33,991 nt of DNA from contig JBGQBE010000036.1 of NCBI GenBank assembly GCA_041494685.1, forward strand, positions 1 to 33,991. Direction: 5' to 3'. Origin of the DNA: Dehalococcoidia bacterium. GTDB taxonomy: Bacteria > Chloroflexota > Dehalococcoidia > DSTF01 > JACRBR01. A program made the translations under genes and the position numbers. Below the pieces are notes generated by a model. It had not been told where the DNA came from and did no database searches. It saw only the letters and a program-made list of their open reading frames with translations. Within the stretch, counting starts at the first letter, position 1. Every line of letters starts with the position of its first letter. Below, piece after piece: positions 16,394 through 26,181 of the stretch.

Positions 16394-17434
16394 ATGAAGC
16401 GAAATCAGGTCATCTCGGTCGCCGTCGCGTTCGCCGTGGCAACCGTCTTGCTGTCTGCGTGCGGCGGTGGCGGCAGCGGCACGAAGACGCCACCGGCGGG
16501 CGCCGGCACGGCGAGTGTCGGCGGGAAGAAGCTGAAGGTCGTCACGACGGTGGCGCCGCTGACGAACATCGTCCGAAACATCGGCGGCGACCGTATCGAC
16601 CTGGAGGGGATCATCCCGGACGGGGTGGATTCTCACACGTTCGAGCCGAGCCCGCAGAATGCGATCACGCTCTCGAAGGCCGACATCTTCATCATGAACG
16701 GCGCGCACCTGGAGGGTTCGACCGAGAAGATCGCGCAGGAGAACCTGAAGGACTCATCGAAGATCTACAAGCTCGCGGACAACACGTACTCGGGCGACGA
16801 CCCGCGGACGGGATTCCTCTACGACTTCTCGTTCCCGAAGAGCGGCGGCGACCCGAACCCGCACCTCTGGATGGATCCGCGGAATGCAGAGCGGTACGCC
16901 GTGCTGACCGACCAGTGGCTGGACGAGAACGACCCGGCGAACAAGGCGTACTATGACGCCAACCTCGCCGCGTTCCGCGCGGTCATCGACAAGCTCGACG
17001 CCGCGATCAGGACCGCGTCCGCGACGGTGCCGGCGGACCAGCGCAAGCTCGTCACGTACCACGACTCGTGGGCGTACTGGGCGCGCGAGTACGGGTGGAC
17101 GGTGATCGGGGCGATCCAGCCGTCCGACTTCAAGGAGCCGAGCGCGAAAGAGGTCGCCGGCCTGATCGACCAGATCAGGAAGGAGCACGTGCCGGCGATC
17201 TTCGGCTCGGAGGTGTATCCCAGCCCCGTGACCGAGCAGATCGCGCGCGAATCGGGCGCGAAGTTCATCGCCAGCCTGCGCGACGACGAGCCGCCAGGCG
17301 ACGAGAACGCGCCGGAGCACACGTACGTCGGCATGCTCGTGAAGGACATGCGCGACATGATCCCGGCCATGGGCGGCAGCGCGTCGGCGTTCGACAACTT
17401 CCCGGTCGAGAACACCTACAAGAAGGGACCGTAA
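16394..17434 (+). CDS. znuA: Zn/Mn ABC transporter substrate-binding lipoprotein (ZnuA/TroA family)
   Basis: GGAGG RBS, lipobox LSAC, DSHTFEPSP, NPHLWMDP, YHDSWAY. Confidence 0.88.
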   Translation: MKRNQVISVAVAFAVATVLLSACGGGGSGTKTPPAGAGTASVGGKKLKVVTTVAPLTNIVRNIGGDRIDLEGIIPDGVDSHTFEPSPQNAITLSKADIFIMNGAHLEGSTEKIAQENLKDSSKIYKLADNTYSGDDPRTGFLYDFSFPKSGGDPNPHLWMDPRNAERYAVLTDQWLDENDPANKAYYDANLAAFRAVIDKLDAAIRTASATVPADQRKLVTYHDSWAYWAREYGWTVIGAIQPSDFKEPSAKEVAGLIDQIRKEHVPAIFGSEVYPSPVTEQIARESGAKFIASLRDDEPPGDENAPEHTYVGMLVKDMRDMIPAMGGSASAFDNFPVENTYKKGP

Positions 17435-17438
17435 GACC

Positions 17439-18263
17439 GTGCCAGCGATCGTCAGCTTTCAGAACGTCTACGCCGGCTACGAGCGGCGCCCCGCGATCGA
17501 GGACGTCACGCTCGACATCGAGGCGGGCCAGTTCGTGGGTGTGCTCGGGCCGAGCGGGTCCGGGAAGACGACGCTGCTGCGGACGCTGCTCGGCACGGTG
17601 CCCCTGCAGCGCGGCGAGATCACGATCGACGGGCGGCGCGTGAGCGGTCCGGGCCGTACGCCCGCGGGCTACGTGCCGCAGTTGCAGACGGTGGACTGGA
17701 ACTTCCCCGTGACGGTGGAAGAAGTGGTGCTGATGGGCCGCGCGATGAGTTCCGGACTGCTGCCGTGGCCGCGAAAGCAGGACCGCGACCGGATGCACGA
17801 CATCCTGGAGCGCCTGGGCATCGGCGAGTTCGCGAAGCGGCACATCCGCGCGCTCTCCGGCGGCCAGCAGCAGCGCGTCTTCCTGGCGCGCGCACTGATG
17901 CGCGACTCCAAGCTGCTGCTGCTGGACGAGCCAACGACGGGCGTCGATATCGCGACGCGCGACGAGGTGCTGCACCTGCTGGGCGACCTCAACCGCGACG
18001 GCGTCACGATCATCCTGACGACGCACGAGTTGAACGCCGTCGCGGCGCACCTGCCCTCGATCATCTGCCTGAACCGGAAGATCATCGCGTACGGCGCGCC
18101 GGAGGACGTCTTCACGCCCGAGATCCTGGGCCGCACGTACAACGCCCCGATGCACGTCGTGATCCACGACGGCATGCGGTTGGTGGCGGAGAACCCGCAC
18201 CTGGCGGAAGCGCTGCGCGGCACCGGCGTCGGTGGGAGGCGGCACGTTGAGCACATTCACTGA
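17439..18263 (+). CDS. znuC: Zn/Mn ABC transporter ATP-binding protein
   Basis: GPSGSGKTT, GYVPQ, LSGGQQQRV, LLLDEP, TTH. Confidence 0.9.
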   Translation: MPAIVSFQNVYAGYERRPAIEDVTLDIEAGQFVGVLGPSGSGKTTLLRTLLGTVPLQRGEITIDGRRVSGPGRTPAGYVPQLQTVDWNFPVTVEEVVLMGRAMSSGLLPWPRKQDRDRMHDILERLGIGEFAKRHIRALSGGQQQRVFLARALMRDSKLLLLDEPTTGVDIATRDEVLHLLGDLNRDGVTIILTTHELNAVAAHLPSIICLNRKIIAYGAPEDVFTPEILGRTYNAPMHVVIHDGMRLVAENPHLAEALRGTGVGGRRHVEHIH

Positions 18264-19134
18264 TCCGCTGAGCTATGAGTTCATGCGCCATGCGCTGGTC
18301 GCGGCAACGCTGGTGGGCGGCCTGTGCGGCATGATCGGCGTGTACGTGGTGCTGCGCCGCATGTCGTACATCGGCCACGGCATGTCGCACGCGGTGTTCG
18401 GCGGGGCGGTGGTGGGCTACGTGTTGGGCTGGAACTTCTACCTCGTGGCGGGCGGCTGGGGCTTCATCTCGGCGCTGCTGATCAACCAGGTGACGCGGCG
18501 GCGCCAGATCGGCGCGGACGCGGCGATCGGCATCATCACGACAGCCAGCTTCGCGTTCGGCGTGGCGCTGATCAGCCGAGGCAAGCACTTCACGCGCAAC
18601 TTCGACGCGGCGCTGTTCGGCAACCTGCTCGGCATCTCGAACCAGGACCTGCTGTTGATCGCGGCGACCTGTGTGGTGATGGCCGTGGTCGTCTTCTTCC
18701 TCTACAAGCAACTGCTGTTCATCACGTTCGACCCGGAAGTCGCGCCGACCTACGGCGTGCCGTCGCAGTGGATCGACGTGGCGTTCGCGCTGATCCTGGC
18801 GGCGACGATCATCGTCTCGATCAAGATCATGGGCGTGACGTTGATCGCGGCGTCGCTGGTGATCCCGCCGGTGATCGCACGGCTGCTCACCAACAGCTTC
18901 GCGAAGATCCTGGCGCTCTCGACGTTGTTCGGCGCGCTGACGGGCTTCGCGGGTATCTACATCAGCTACTACCAGAACGTGGCGTCCGGGGCGACGATCG
19001 TCCTGCTCGCGGCGGCGCTGTTCGTGGTGGCGATGGCGATCAGCGTGATCAGGCAGTACCTGCCGGTGGCGTCCGCCACGCAGGAACGTCCGGGCCGGAT
19101 CGCGGTGCTGCCGCAGGACCTGGACGTGCACTAG
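18247..19134 (+). CDS. znuB: Zn/Mn ABC transporter permease
   Basis: GGGAGG RBS before TTG 18247. FMRHAL, LRRMSYIGHGMSH, LFGNLLGI, multiple TM helices. Confidence 0.9.
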   Translation: MSTFTDPLSYEFMRHALVAATLVGGLCGMIGVYVVLRRMSYIGHGMSHAVFGGAVVGYVLGWNFYLVAGGWGFISALLINQVTRRRQIGADAAIGIITTASFAFGVALISRGKHFTRNFDAALFGNLLGISNQDLLLIAATCVVMAVVVFFLYKQLLFITFDPEVAPTYGVPSQWIDVAFALILAATIIVSIKIMGVTLIAASLVIPPVIARLLTNSFAKILALSTLFGALTGFAGIYISYYQNVASGATIVLLAAALFVVAMAISVIRQYLPVASATQERPGRIAVLPQDLDVH

Positions 19135-19146
19135 CGGCGCCGCGCG

Positions 19147-21609
19147 CTACTCGGCGATCGCGTCCGCCGGCACGTTGAGGAAGTGGTGGTCTTCGTCCGC
19201 CCAGACGAGCAGGGGCGGCAGCAGGACGAGCGTGCTGAGCAGGCTGACGCCGATGTTCAGCGCCGTCACCTTGCCGAAGCTTTCGAGCAGCGGGAACTGG
19301 CTGAGGCCGAGCACCGCGAAGCCGCCCATCACCGTCAGCCCCGACGCCATGATGGCGCGGCCGATGCGCAGCGACGCCTTCGCCATCGCTTCGCGCGGCG
19401 CGACGCCGGCGGCCCGCTCCTCGAAGTAGCGCGACATCAGCAGCACGTTGAACTCGGTGCCCATGGCAATGATCAGCGGGCCGGAGATCGAGGTCAGCGG
19501 GCTGTACTCGATGCCGACGGCGTAGAGCAACATGGCCGACGCGCCGAGCGCCAGCACGACGGGGAACAGAGGCGCGAGCGCCTTCACCGGGTTGCGGAAG
19601 ACGGCGAGCAGCGTCAGGAAGATGGCCGTGAGCGCGACGAACGACATGAGGTCGCGGTTGGCGCTGAGGGCGTCCATGGCGGCGATGCCGATGACGGAGA
19701 TGCCCGCGGGCGCGACGGTGACGCCGGCGGGAGGGTGGGCGTCGCGCAGGATAGCGGCCGTGATGTCGCGCTGCTGCGCCAGCGTCGCGCGGTCGCTGAT
19801 CGCGAAGGTGATGTTCGCGGTAGTGCCGTCCGCCGCCACGACCATGTCAACGAGCGGCCTGGGTGACGTCGAGAGCACCTGCTGTACGTCGGCCGTGGTC
19901 GGCGGGGCGCCTGTGACGGACGTCGTGAACGAGGCGACGCTGTTTGACGTGCGCAGCTCCTCGTGCTGCGCGCGCTGCCGGTTCTCGAAGGCGGCCATCC
20001 AGTCGAGGAACGCCTGGTCCGTCACCTTGATGCCGCCGCTCGTCTCGACGAGCAGGTTCAGCTCGTTGGTGGTGCCGGCGACGTCCCGCATCACGTGCAG
20101 GTCCTTCAGCACGGCGCTGTCCGACGGCACGAACTTCTCCGGGTCGGTCTGCGTGGGGATGTTGCGGTTCACGAAGAGGCCGCCGACGGCGACGACCAGC
20201 GCCACGAGCGCGATCGGCGCGATGCGGCCGACCGTACGCGCGGTGATGCCGCCGACGATGCGCTCCACTTCGAACCGCGCGCGCACTGCCTCGGCCTCGC
20301 CGATGCGCGTGTGCTCGCGGAGGTAGACGACGCCGCTCACCAGCACGATGCTGACGATGAAGACGATAGCGGCGCCGACGGCGAGCATGGAGCCGAAGTC
20401 GCGGATCAGCGGAACGCTGGAGAGTCGCAGCACGAGGAAGCCGATGCAGGCAGCGGCGGCGGCGACCAGCAGGGCAGGGCCGAGCCGCACGAACGCCCGA
20501 TCGAGTCCGATGACCGCGGAGTCGGAGGCGAAGGTCTCCTCCTCGATACGGCTGTGCACCTGGATCGCGAAGTCGACGCCGAGGCCAAGCAGGATCGGCA
20601 GGCCGGAGATCGTCACCATCGTCAGGGGGATGCCGATGAAGCCCATGAGGCCGAACGCGGAGACGCAGCCCACCAGCACCGCCGGCAGCGAGAGCAGCCG
20701 CCAGCGCGCGCGGAACACGAGCGAGAGCACCAGGACCATGATGATGACCGCGAACACCGCCATCACGGCAAGCGCGCTCTTCATCTTGTCGTTGATCTCC
20801 TTGATCAGGAGCGGCGGACCGGCGACCAGCACGGTCGTGTCGCGGAACTGGTAGCGCGGCATGCGGTCTTTCACGTTGCCAGCGGCCGTCGACGCGGCGT
20901 CGAGCGTGACGTTGCCTTTCATCCGCACGACCATCAGGGCGTGGTGGGGGTCCGGGAAGATGCCGGCCAGCGCGGGGCGCGGCTTGCCGTCGGCGTCGTA
21001 GAGGATGAACCGGACGTAGTCCGGATTATTGAGGCTCTGCTCGCCCGCGTCGACGAAGCGCTTTGCGTCCGCGCCGTTCGCCGCGTTGAACGCGTCGGCG
21101 ACCTTCTGCGTTGCGGCCTGCGCGGCGGCGTCCTGCTGCGCGGGCGTCTCGCCGCGCGCTGCGGACGCCTGACGCGCCGCGTCGGCGGCGGCCTGCTCGT
21201 CCGCGGCGAGCTTCTGCGGCCGCGCGAGCATCTGCTGGCGCACCTGATCCGTCGCGAACTGGACGATCAACAACGGCGAGAGCACGCTCTGGTAGTCGCC
21301 GCTGGCGTTGAGGTCGTCCTGCAACCGCTGCATCGTCGCGCGGTTCTCTGGGGTGAAGAGCGCGGTGACGTCCTGGCCGCCGGTCATCGTGAAGAGCACG
21401 AGCAGCGGGTCGCCGCCGAAGTGCGACTGGAAGCGGGTGTTGTCGAGGGAGAGCTTGTCGGTGGAGCTGAGGAGCGAGTCCTGCCCCGTCTTGAACTGCA
21501 GGCGCGGGATGCCGACCGCCAGCACGGCGGCGGCGCACATCGCGATGGCGACCATCGCGACGGCATGGTCTCGGACGAGCGACGCGACGGCAAGCGCCGG
21601 GCGCTTCAT
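19147..21609 (-). CDS. RND superfamily transporter, HAE3/MMPL-like
   Basis: 820 aa with duplicated 1TM+loop+5TM architecture. GLGVDFAI and AMGTEFNV motifs. Confidence 0.85.
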   Translation of the reverse strand: MKRPALAVASLVRDHAVAMVAIAMCAAAVLAVGIPRLQFKTGQDSLLSSTDKLSLDNTRFQSHFGGDPLLVLFTMTGGQDVTALFTPENRATMQRLQDDLNASGDYQSVLSPLLIVQFATDQVRQQMLARPQKLAADEQAAADAARQASAARGETPAQQDAAAQAATQKVADAFNAANGADAKRFVDAGEQSLNNPDYVRFILYDADGKPRPALAGIFPDPHHALMVVRMKGNVTLDAASTAAGNVKDRMPRYQFRDTTVLVAGPPLLIKEINDKMKSALAVMAVFAVIIMVLVLSLVFRARWRLLSLPAVLVGCVSAFGLMGFIGIPLTMVTISGLPILLGLGVDFAIQVHSRIEEETFASDSAVIGLDRAFVRLGPALLVAAAAACIGFLVLRLSSVPLIRDFGSMLAVGAAIVFIVSIVLVSGVVYLREHTRIGEAEAVRARFEVERIVGGITARTVGRIAPIALVALVVAVGGLFVNRNIPTQTDPEKFVPSDSAVLKDLHVMRDVAGTTNELNLLVETSGGIKVTDQAFLDWMAAFENRQRAQHEELRTSNSVASFTTSVTGAPPTTADVQQVLSTSPRPLVDMVVAADGTTANITFAISDRATLAQQRDITAAILRDAHPPAGVTVAPAGISVIGIAAMDALSANRDLMSFVALTAIFLTLLAVFRNPVKALAPLFPVVLALGASAMLLYAVGIEYSPLTSISGPLIIAMGTEFNVLLMSRYFEERAAGVAPREAMAKASLRIGRAIMASGLTVMGGFAVLGLSQFPLLESFGKVTALNIGVSLLSTLVLLPPLLVWADEDHHFLNVPADAIAE

Positions 21610-21807
21610 TCCCTCTGCTCCCTCCTGCTTCGTTCACTCCAGCTTACACATCTCCGGGCCGCCGGAGGCGGAGACTATGTCAATGGCCGCGCGGGTGGCG
21701 GCGGGAGGGTAAACCTTCCCGGATCCTTCATCGAATCTTCAGCGCCCGGCGCCGCAGCCCCCATGTGAGGCCCGTACACTTATCGTGCTGACAAGGGAGG
21801 ACGTGGT

Positions 21808-23079
21808 GTGAGCGGACGGGAAACAGCGGCAGAGCGGCGGCTTCGGCTCGTTGATACGCACGGCTATAACGGCCTTGCGCTGCTCACCCTCTACGACGGC
21901 TGGCGCTACTTCGAGCCGACGGATGTCGATGGCTTCGTCGCGTTCGAGCTGCACCGCAAGACCGCCGTGGCCTGCGGCGACCCCGTCTGCGCCGAGGCCG
22001 ACGCGCCCGAGATGTTGCGCCGCTTCGCCGAGTACTGCGCCGGCCGCGGCTGGCGCTTCAGCTTCATCGGGGCCAGCGCGCGCATCGGCAAGCTCGCGAC
22101 GGAGCTGGGCCTCCGCGCCGTGAAAGTCGGCGAGGAGCCGTTCTTCGATCTCCACAAGTACAGCCTGAGCGGCAAGGCGGCCAAGAAGGCGCGCTCCGCT
22201 ATCAACCTCGCGCGCCGCACCGGCGTCACGGTCGAGGAGTACACGCGGCCGTCGCCCGCGATCGACTCGGAGATCGAGGAGATCGCGCGGGACTGGCTCG
22301 ATCACCGCGCCGCGCCGCCGATGGGCTTCATCCTGCGGTCGCGCCCGTTCGCGCAGCGCGCGCGCAAGCGCACCTTCATCGCCACGCACGAGGGGCGCGT
22401 CGTCGCCGCGATGACGTGCTCGCCCGCGCCGGCGCGGGGGCTGCTGTATGTCGAGGAGCAGCTGCGCCGCCACGACGCACCGTACGGTACCAGCGAGCTG
22501 CTGGTAGAGCAGGCGCGGCTCGTGGCGCGGGAGCAGGGATTCGCGTTGCTGAGCCTGGGCACGGCGCCGCTGCAGGGCGCGACCGAGCAGCCGTACGGCC
22601 GGCACCGCGCCATGACGTTGCTGTTCGGGGTGCTGTGCTCCAAGCTGAACTTCGCCTACAACGTCCGTTCGCTGAACCACTTCAAGAAGAAGTTCGCGCC
22701 GACGTTCTGGGAGGACAGTTTCTTCATCTACGCCGGCGGCGCGCTGCTTCCGGCGTTCGCCACGATCGCCGCCTTCGCGCCGGACGGCCTGCCGTCGCTG
22801 GTGCTGCCGAAGCGCATGCAGTGGCTGCGCTTCGTGCCGGCGGCGGCGCTCTGGACAGCGGCCGTTGCGGGCGTGTTCGCCACGGGATTCACGGCCTGGG
22901 CCTTCCCGGAGGTGATCGAGCCGTTGCGGCTGGGCCTGCACGCCACGGTACTGGCGTTCCGCCCGGCCGACTTCGCGTTCGATGCGGGCAGAACCGCTGC
23001 CGTCGGACACCGCCTGATCACGCTGGTGGTCGTGGTCGGCCTCGGCGCCGTCGCCTGGCGGCGGCGGGCGCGGGCGTAG
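21808..23079 (+). CDS. DUF2156 (aminoacyl-phosphatidylglycerol synthase catalytic-type) protein with C-terminal TM helices
   Basis: GGGAGG RBS. AVACGDPV, KVGEE, LSLGTAPL, YNVRSLNHFKKKFAP.WE, then hydrophobic segments ending WRRRARA. Confidence 0.8.
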   Translation: MSGRETAAERRLRLVDTHGYNGLALLTLYDGWRYFEPTDVDGFVAFELHRKTAVACGDPVCAEADAPEMLRRFAEYCAGRGWRFSFIGASARIGKLATELGLRAVKVGEEPFFDLHKYSLSGKAAKKARSAINLARRTGVTVEEYTRPSPAIDSEIEEIARDWLDHRAAPPMGFILRSRPFAQRARKRTFIATHEGRVVAAMTCSPAPARGLLYVEEQLRRHDAPYGTSELLVEQARLVAREQGFALLSLGTAPLQGATEQPYGRHRAMTLLFGVLCSKLNFAYNVRSLNHFKKKFAPTFWEDSFFIYAGGALLPAFATIAAFAPDGLPSLVLPKRMQWLRFVPAAALWTAAVAGVFATGFTAWAFPEVIEPLRLGLHATVLAFRPADFAFDAGRTAAVGHRLITLVVVVGLGAVAWRRRARA

Positions 23080-23087
23080 CCGGGCGC

Positions 23088-23116
23088 TTGTCCGCGGCCC
23101 CCGGCCGATCTATCAT
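23088..23116 (+). promoter_or_regulatory. sigma70-type promoter of the pyr operon
   Basis: TTGTCC-N17-TATCAT immediately upstream of the PyrR-binding leader. Confidence 0.7.
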
Positions 23117-23132
23117 CTCTGTAACGTCCTGA

Positions 23133-23164
23133 CCCTTTAATCCGGTCCAGTGAGGCCGGGAAGG
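23133..23164 (+). promoter_or_regulatory. PyrR-binding RNA stem-loop (pyr attenuator)
   Basis: CCCUUUAA-UCCGG-UCCAGUGAGG-CCGGG-AAGG matches the PyrR site (UUUAA and UCCNGNGAGGY), upstream of pyrR. Confidence 0.9.
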
Positions 23165-23216
23165 AACCCGAGATGCACAGCTCTTTGGCGCTTCGCGCCC
23201 CGATACCCGCGCACGC

Positions 23217-23251
23217 AACCTCCGACCGGGCCGCCGGACAGGAGGTTTTTT
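23217..23251 (+). terminator. Attenuator terminator that also sequesters the pyrR RBS
   Basis: AACCTCC..GGAGGTT stem plus T-run. The GGAGG arm is the SD for ATG 23253. Confidence 0.75.
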
Positions 23252-23252
23252 G

Positions 23253-23804
23253 ATGCGCGAATCCACCGTCATGTCGGCCGCCGACATCCGCCGCGCTGTC
23301 ACCCGCATCGCCCACGAGATTGTGGAGCACAACCGCGGCACGCAGGATCTCGTCTTCGTGGGCATGCTGACGCGCGGCGTGCCGCTGGCGCATCGCATCG
23401 CGCGCGCCATCGAGGAGTTCGAGCACGATGCCGTGCCCGTGGGCACGCTGGACGTGGGCCTCTACCGCGACGACCTGTCCGAGCGCGGCCACAGCGTCAG
23501 CATCCAGCCGAGCGAGCTGCCGGACATCCGGGGCAAGCGGGTGGTGCTGATCGACGACGTGCTCTACACCGGGCGCACCGTCCGCGCCGCGCTCGACGCC
23601 CTGATCGACTACGGCCGCCCGGAGCGCATCCAGCTCGCGGTGCTGGTGGATCGCGGCCACCGGGAACTGCCGATCCGTGCCGACTTCGTGGGGAAGAACA
23701 TCCCGACGTCGCGCGGAGACGACGTGCAGGTGCGGCTCGAAGAGTCCGACGGCGACGAGTACGTGCGCGTGGCCGCCGCCGAGGAAGCGGAGGTGCTGCG
23801 ATGA
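23253..23804 (+). CDS. pyrR: Bifunctional pyr operon regulator / uracil phosphoribosyltransferase
   Basis: [53 protein letters not shown]. Confidence 0.97.
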   Translation: MRESTVMSAADIRRAVTRIAHEIVEHNRGTQDLVFVGMLTRGVPLAHRIARAIEEFEHDAVPVGTLDVGLYRDDLSERGHSVSIQPSELPDIRGKRVVLIDDVLYTGRTVRAALDALIDYGRPERIQLAVLVDRGHRELPIRADFVGKNIPTSRGDDVQVRLEESDGDEYVRVAAAEEAEVLR

Positions 23805-24850
23805 CGACGATTCGCGAGCAGGAGACGCGCGCCGAGACGCCCGCCCCGATCGCCGCGCCCGCCTCGGAGGAGAGCGCGTGGCGCCGCCGCCACCTGCTGG
23901 ACCTCGACGACTTCAGCATCGACGAGCTGGACCTGGTGATGCGGACGACGGACGCGATGAAGGAAGTGCTCTCGCGAGAGGTGCCGCGCGTGCCGGCGCT
24001 TCGCGGCACGACGATCGTCACGCTGTTCTACGAGAACAGCACGCGCACGCGCGCCTCGTTCGAGCTTGCGGGCAAGGTGCTGGGCGCGGACGTGATCAAC
24101 GTCTCGGCGTCGGGCAGCAGTGTGACGAAGGGCGAGTCGCTGATCGACACGGTGAAGACGCTGCAGGCCATCGGCGCGGACGTGCTGGTGATGCGGCACA
24201 ACCGCTCCGGCGCGCCGTACCTGGCCGCGCGCCACGCCGAAGCCTCGGTGGTGAACGCGGGCGACGGGCTGCACGCGCATCCGACCCAGGCGCTGCTGGA
24301 CCTGTACACGATCCGCGGCTCGCTGGGCGACGTGCGCGGCCGCAAGATCGTCATCGTCGGCGATGTGCTGCACAGCCGCGTCGCGCGCTCCAACATGTGG
24401 TCGCTGACGGCGCTGGGCGCGGAGGTCGTGCTCTGCGCGCCGCCGACACTGGTGCCGCCCGGCATGCGCGACGCGCCGGAGGGCGGCCTGCCGGCGGTGC
24501 GCGTCGAGACGGACCTGGACCGCGCGATCGAGGGCGCGGACGTCGTGATGGCGCTGCGGATGCAGCTGGAGCGGATGCACGGCGGCTTCGTGCCGGGGAT
24601 GCGCGAGTACTCGCGGCTCTACCAGGTGAACGCGAAGCGGCTGGCGTACGCGAAGCCCGGTGCGCTGGTGCTGCATCCCGGCCCGATGAACGAGGGCGTC
24701 GAGATCAGCCACGAGGTAGCGCACGGGCTGCAGTCGCACGTCGAAGAGCAGGTGGCGAACGGCGTCGCGGTGCGGATGGCGGTGCTCTGGCTGATCACGC
24801 GCAACACGCCGCGCGGCGGCCGCATGGCGTCGGCCAGGGGGTCGCTGTGA
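23801..24850 (+). CDS. pyrB: Aspartate carbamoyltransferase catalytic subunit
   Basis: ATGA overlap with pyr[37 protein letters not shown]. Confidence 0.97.
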   Translation: MTTIREQETRAETPAPIAAPASEESAWRRRHLLDLDDFSIDELDLVMRTTDAMKEVLSREVPRVPALRGTTIVTLFYENSTRTRASFELAGKVLGADVINVSASGSSVTKGESLIDTVKTLQAIGADVLVMRHNRSGAPYLAARHAEASVVNAGDGLHAHPTQALLDLYTIRGSLGDVRGRKIVIVGDVLHSRVARSNMWSLTALGAEVVLCAPPTLVPPGMRDAPEGGLPAVRVETDLDRAIEGADVVMALRMQLERMHGGFVPGMREYSRLYQVNAKRLAYAKPGALVLHPGPMNEGVEISHEVAHGLQSHVEEQVANGVAVRMAVLWLITRNTPRGGRMASARGSL

Positions 24851-26181
24851 GCGAGCGCATCATCATCCGAGGCGGGCGCGTCATCGACCCCGCGTCGGGG
24901 TACGACGCCGTGGCGGATCTGGTGATCGAAGACGGCCGTATCGCCGCGGTCGGCGCGGCGCTGGACGGCGCCGGTGCGCGCGAGATCGACGCGCGCGGGC
25001 TGGTGGTCGCGCCGGGCTTCGTGGACTTGCACGCGCACCTGCGCGACCCGGGGCTGGAGTACAAGGAAGACATCGAGTCGGGCACGCGGGCGGCGGCGCG
25101 CGGCGGCTTCACGACGATCTGCGCCATGCCGAACACCGAGCCGGCGATGGACACGCGCTCGGTGATCGAATACGTGCTGCGCGAGGCGGCGGCGCGCGCC
25201 AGCGTGCGGGTGCTGCCGATCGGCGCGGTGAGCAAGGGCCGCGCGGGCAAGGAGCTGGCCGAGTTGGGCGACCTCGCGGCGGCGGGCTGTGTCGCGTTCA
25301 GCGACGATGGCGCGCCGGTATACGACGCGACGCTCATGCGGCGGGCGCTGGAGTATGCCGGCGCGTTCGACCTGCCGATCATCGACCACTGCGAGGAGAA
25401 GTCGCTGGCGCAGGACGCGGTGATGCACGAGGGCTGGGTCGCGGCGCGGCTGGGCCTGCGCGGCGCGCCCGCCGCGGCCGAGGAGTCGCCCGTCGCGCGG
25501 GACATCGCGCTGGCGGAGACGACCGGCGCGCACGTACACATCGCGCACGTGAGCACGCGCGGCGCGGTCGAGGCGGTGCGCCGGGCGAAAGCGCGCGGCC
25601 TGCGCGTCACCGCCGAGGTGACGCCGCACCACCTGACGCTGACCGACGAGACGGTGGCGTTCGGCGCGGGCGGCGGTTCTGAGCTGCAGTACGACACGAA
25701 CGCGAAGGTGAACCCGCCGTTGCGCGCGCAGGACGACGTCGACGCCTGCGCCGCCGCACTCGCCGACGGCACGATCGACTGCGTGGCGACGGACCACGCG
25801 CCGCATGCGGCGACCGAGAAGCTGTGCGAGTTCGACGACGCGGCGTTCGGCATCAGCGGCCTGGAGACGGCGTTCGGGCTGTGCATGCGGCTGGTGCACG
25901 AGAAGAAGATCTCGCTGGAGACGCTGGTCGAACGCATGACGATCGGGCCGGTGCGCGCGCTCGGCCTCGACCGCCACGTGCATGGCATTGGCACGCTGGC
26001 GGTCGGCGCGCCGGCGGACGTGGTGGTGCTGGACCCCGGCGCGGAGTGGACGGTGGAACCGGAGCGGTTCGCGTCGAAGGGGAAGAACACACCGTTGGGC
26101 GGCGTGACGCTGCGGGGCGCCGTCGTGGCCACGGTGGCGTGCGGGCGCGTCGTGCACCACGCGGAGGTGCCCGTTGGCTAA
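24847..26181 (+). CDS. pyrC: Dihydroorotase (type I)
   Basis: GTGA overlap. DLHAHLRDPG, MPNT, SDDG, KVNPPLR, ATDHAPH, SKGKNTP. Confidence 0.96.
   Translation: MSERIIIRGGRVIDPASGYDAVADLVIEDGRIAAVGAALDGAGAREIDARGLVVAPGFVDLHAHLRDPGLEYKEDIESGTRAAARGGFTTICAMPNTEPAMDTRSVIEYVLREAAARASVRVLPIGAVSKGRAGKELAELGDLAAAGCVAFSDDGAPVYDATLMRRALEYAGAFDLPIIDHCEEKSLAQDAVMHEGWVAARLGLRGAPAAAEESPVARDIALAETTGAHVHIAHVSTRGAVEAVRRAKARGLRVTAEVTPHHLTLTDETVAFGAGGGSELQYDTNAKVNPPLRAQDDVDACAAALADGTIDCVATDHAPHAATEKLCEFDDAAFGISGLETAFGLCMRLVHEKKISLETLVERMTIGPVRALGLDRHVHGIGTLAVGAPADVVVLDPGAEWTVEPERFASKGKNTPLGGVTLRGAVVATVACGRVVHHAEVPVG

Noticed and set aside
23150..26181. Track ORFs suggesting N-terminally extended pyrB (566 aa) and pyrC (834 aa)
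   Set aside because: The extensions are out-of-frame overlaps with pyrR and pyrB. The true starts are the ATGA/GTGA-coupled codons at 23801 and 24847.
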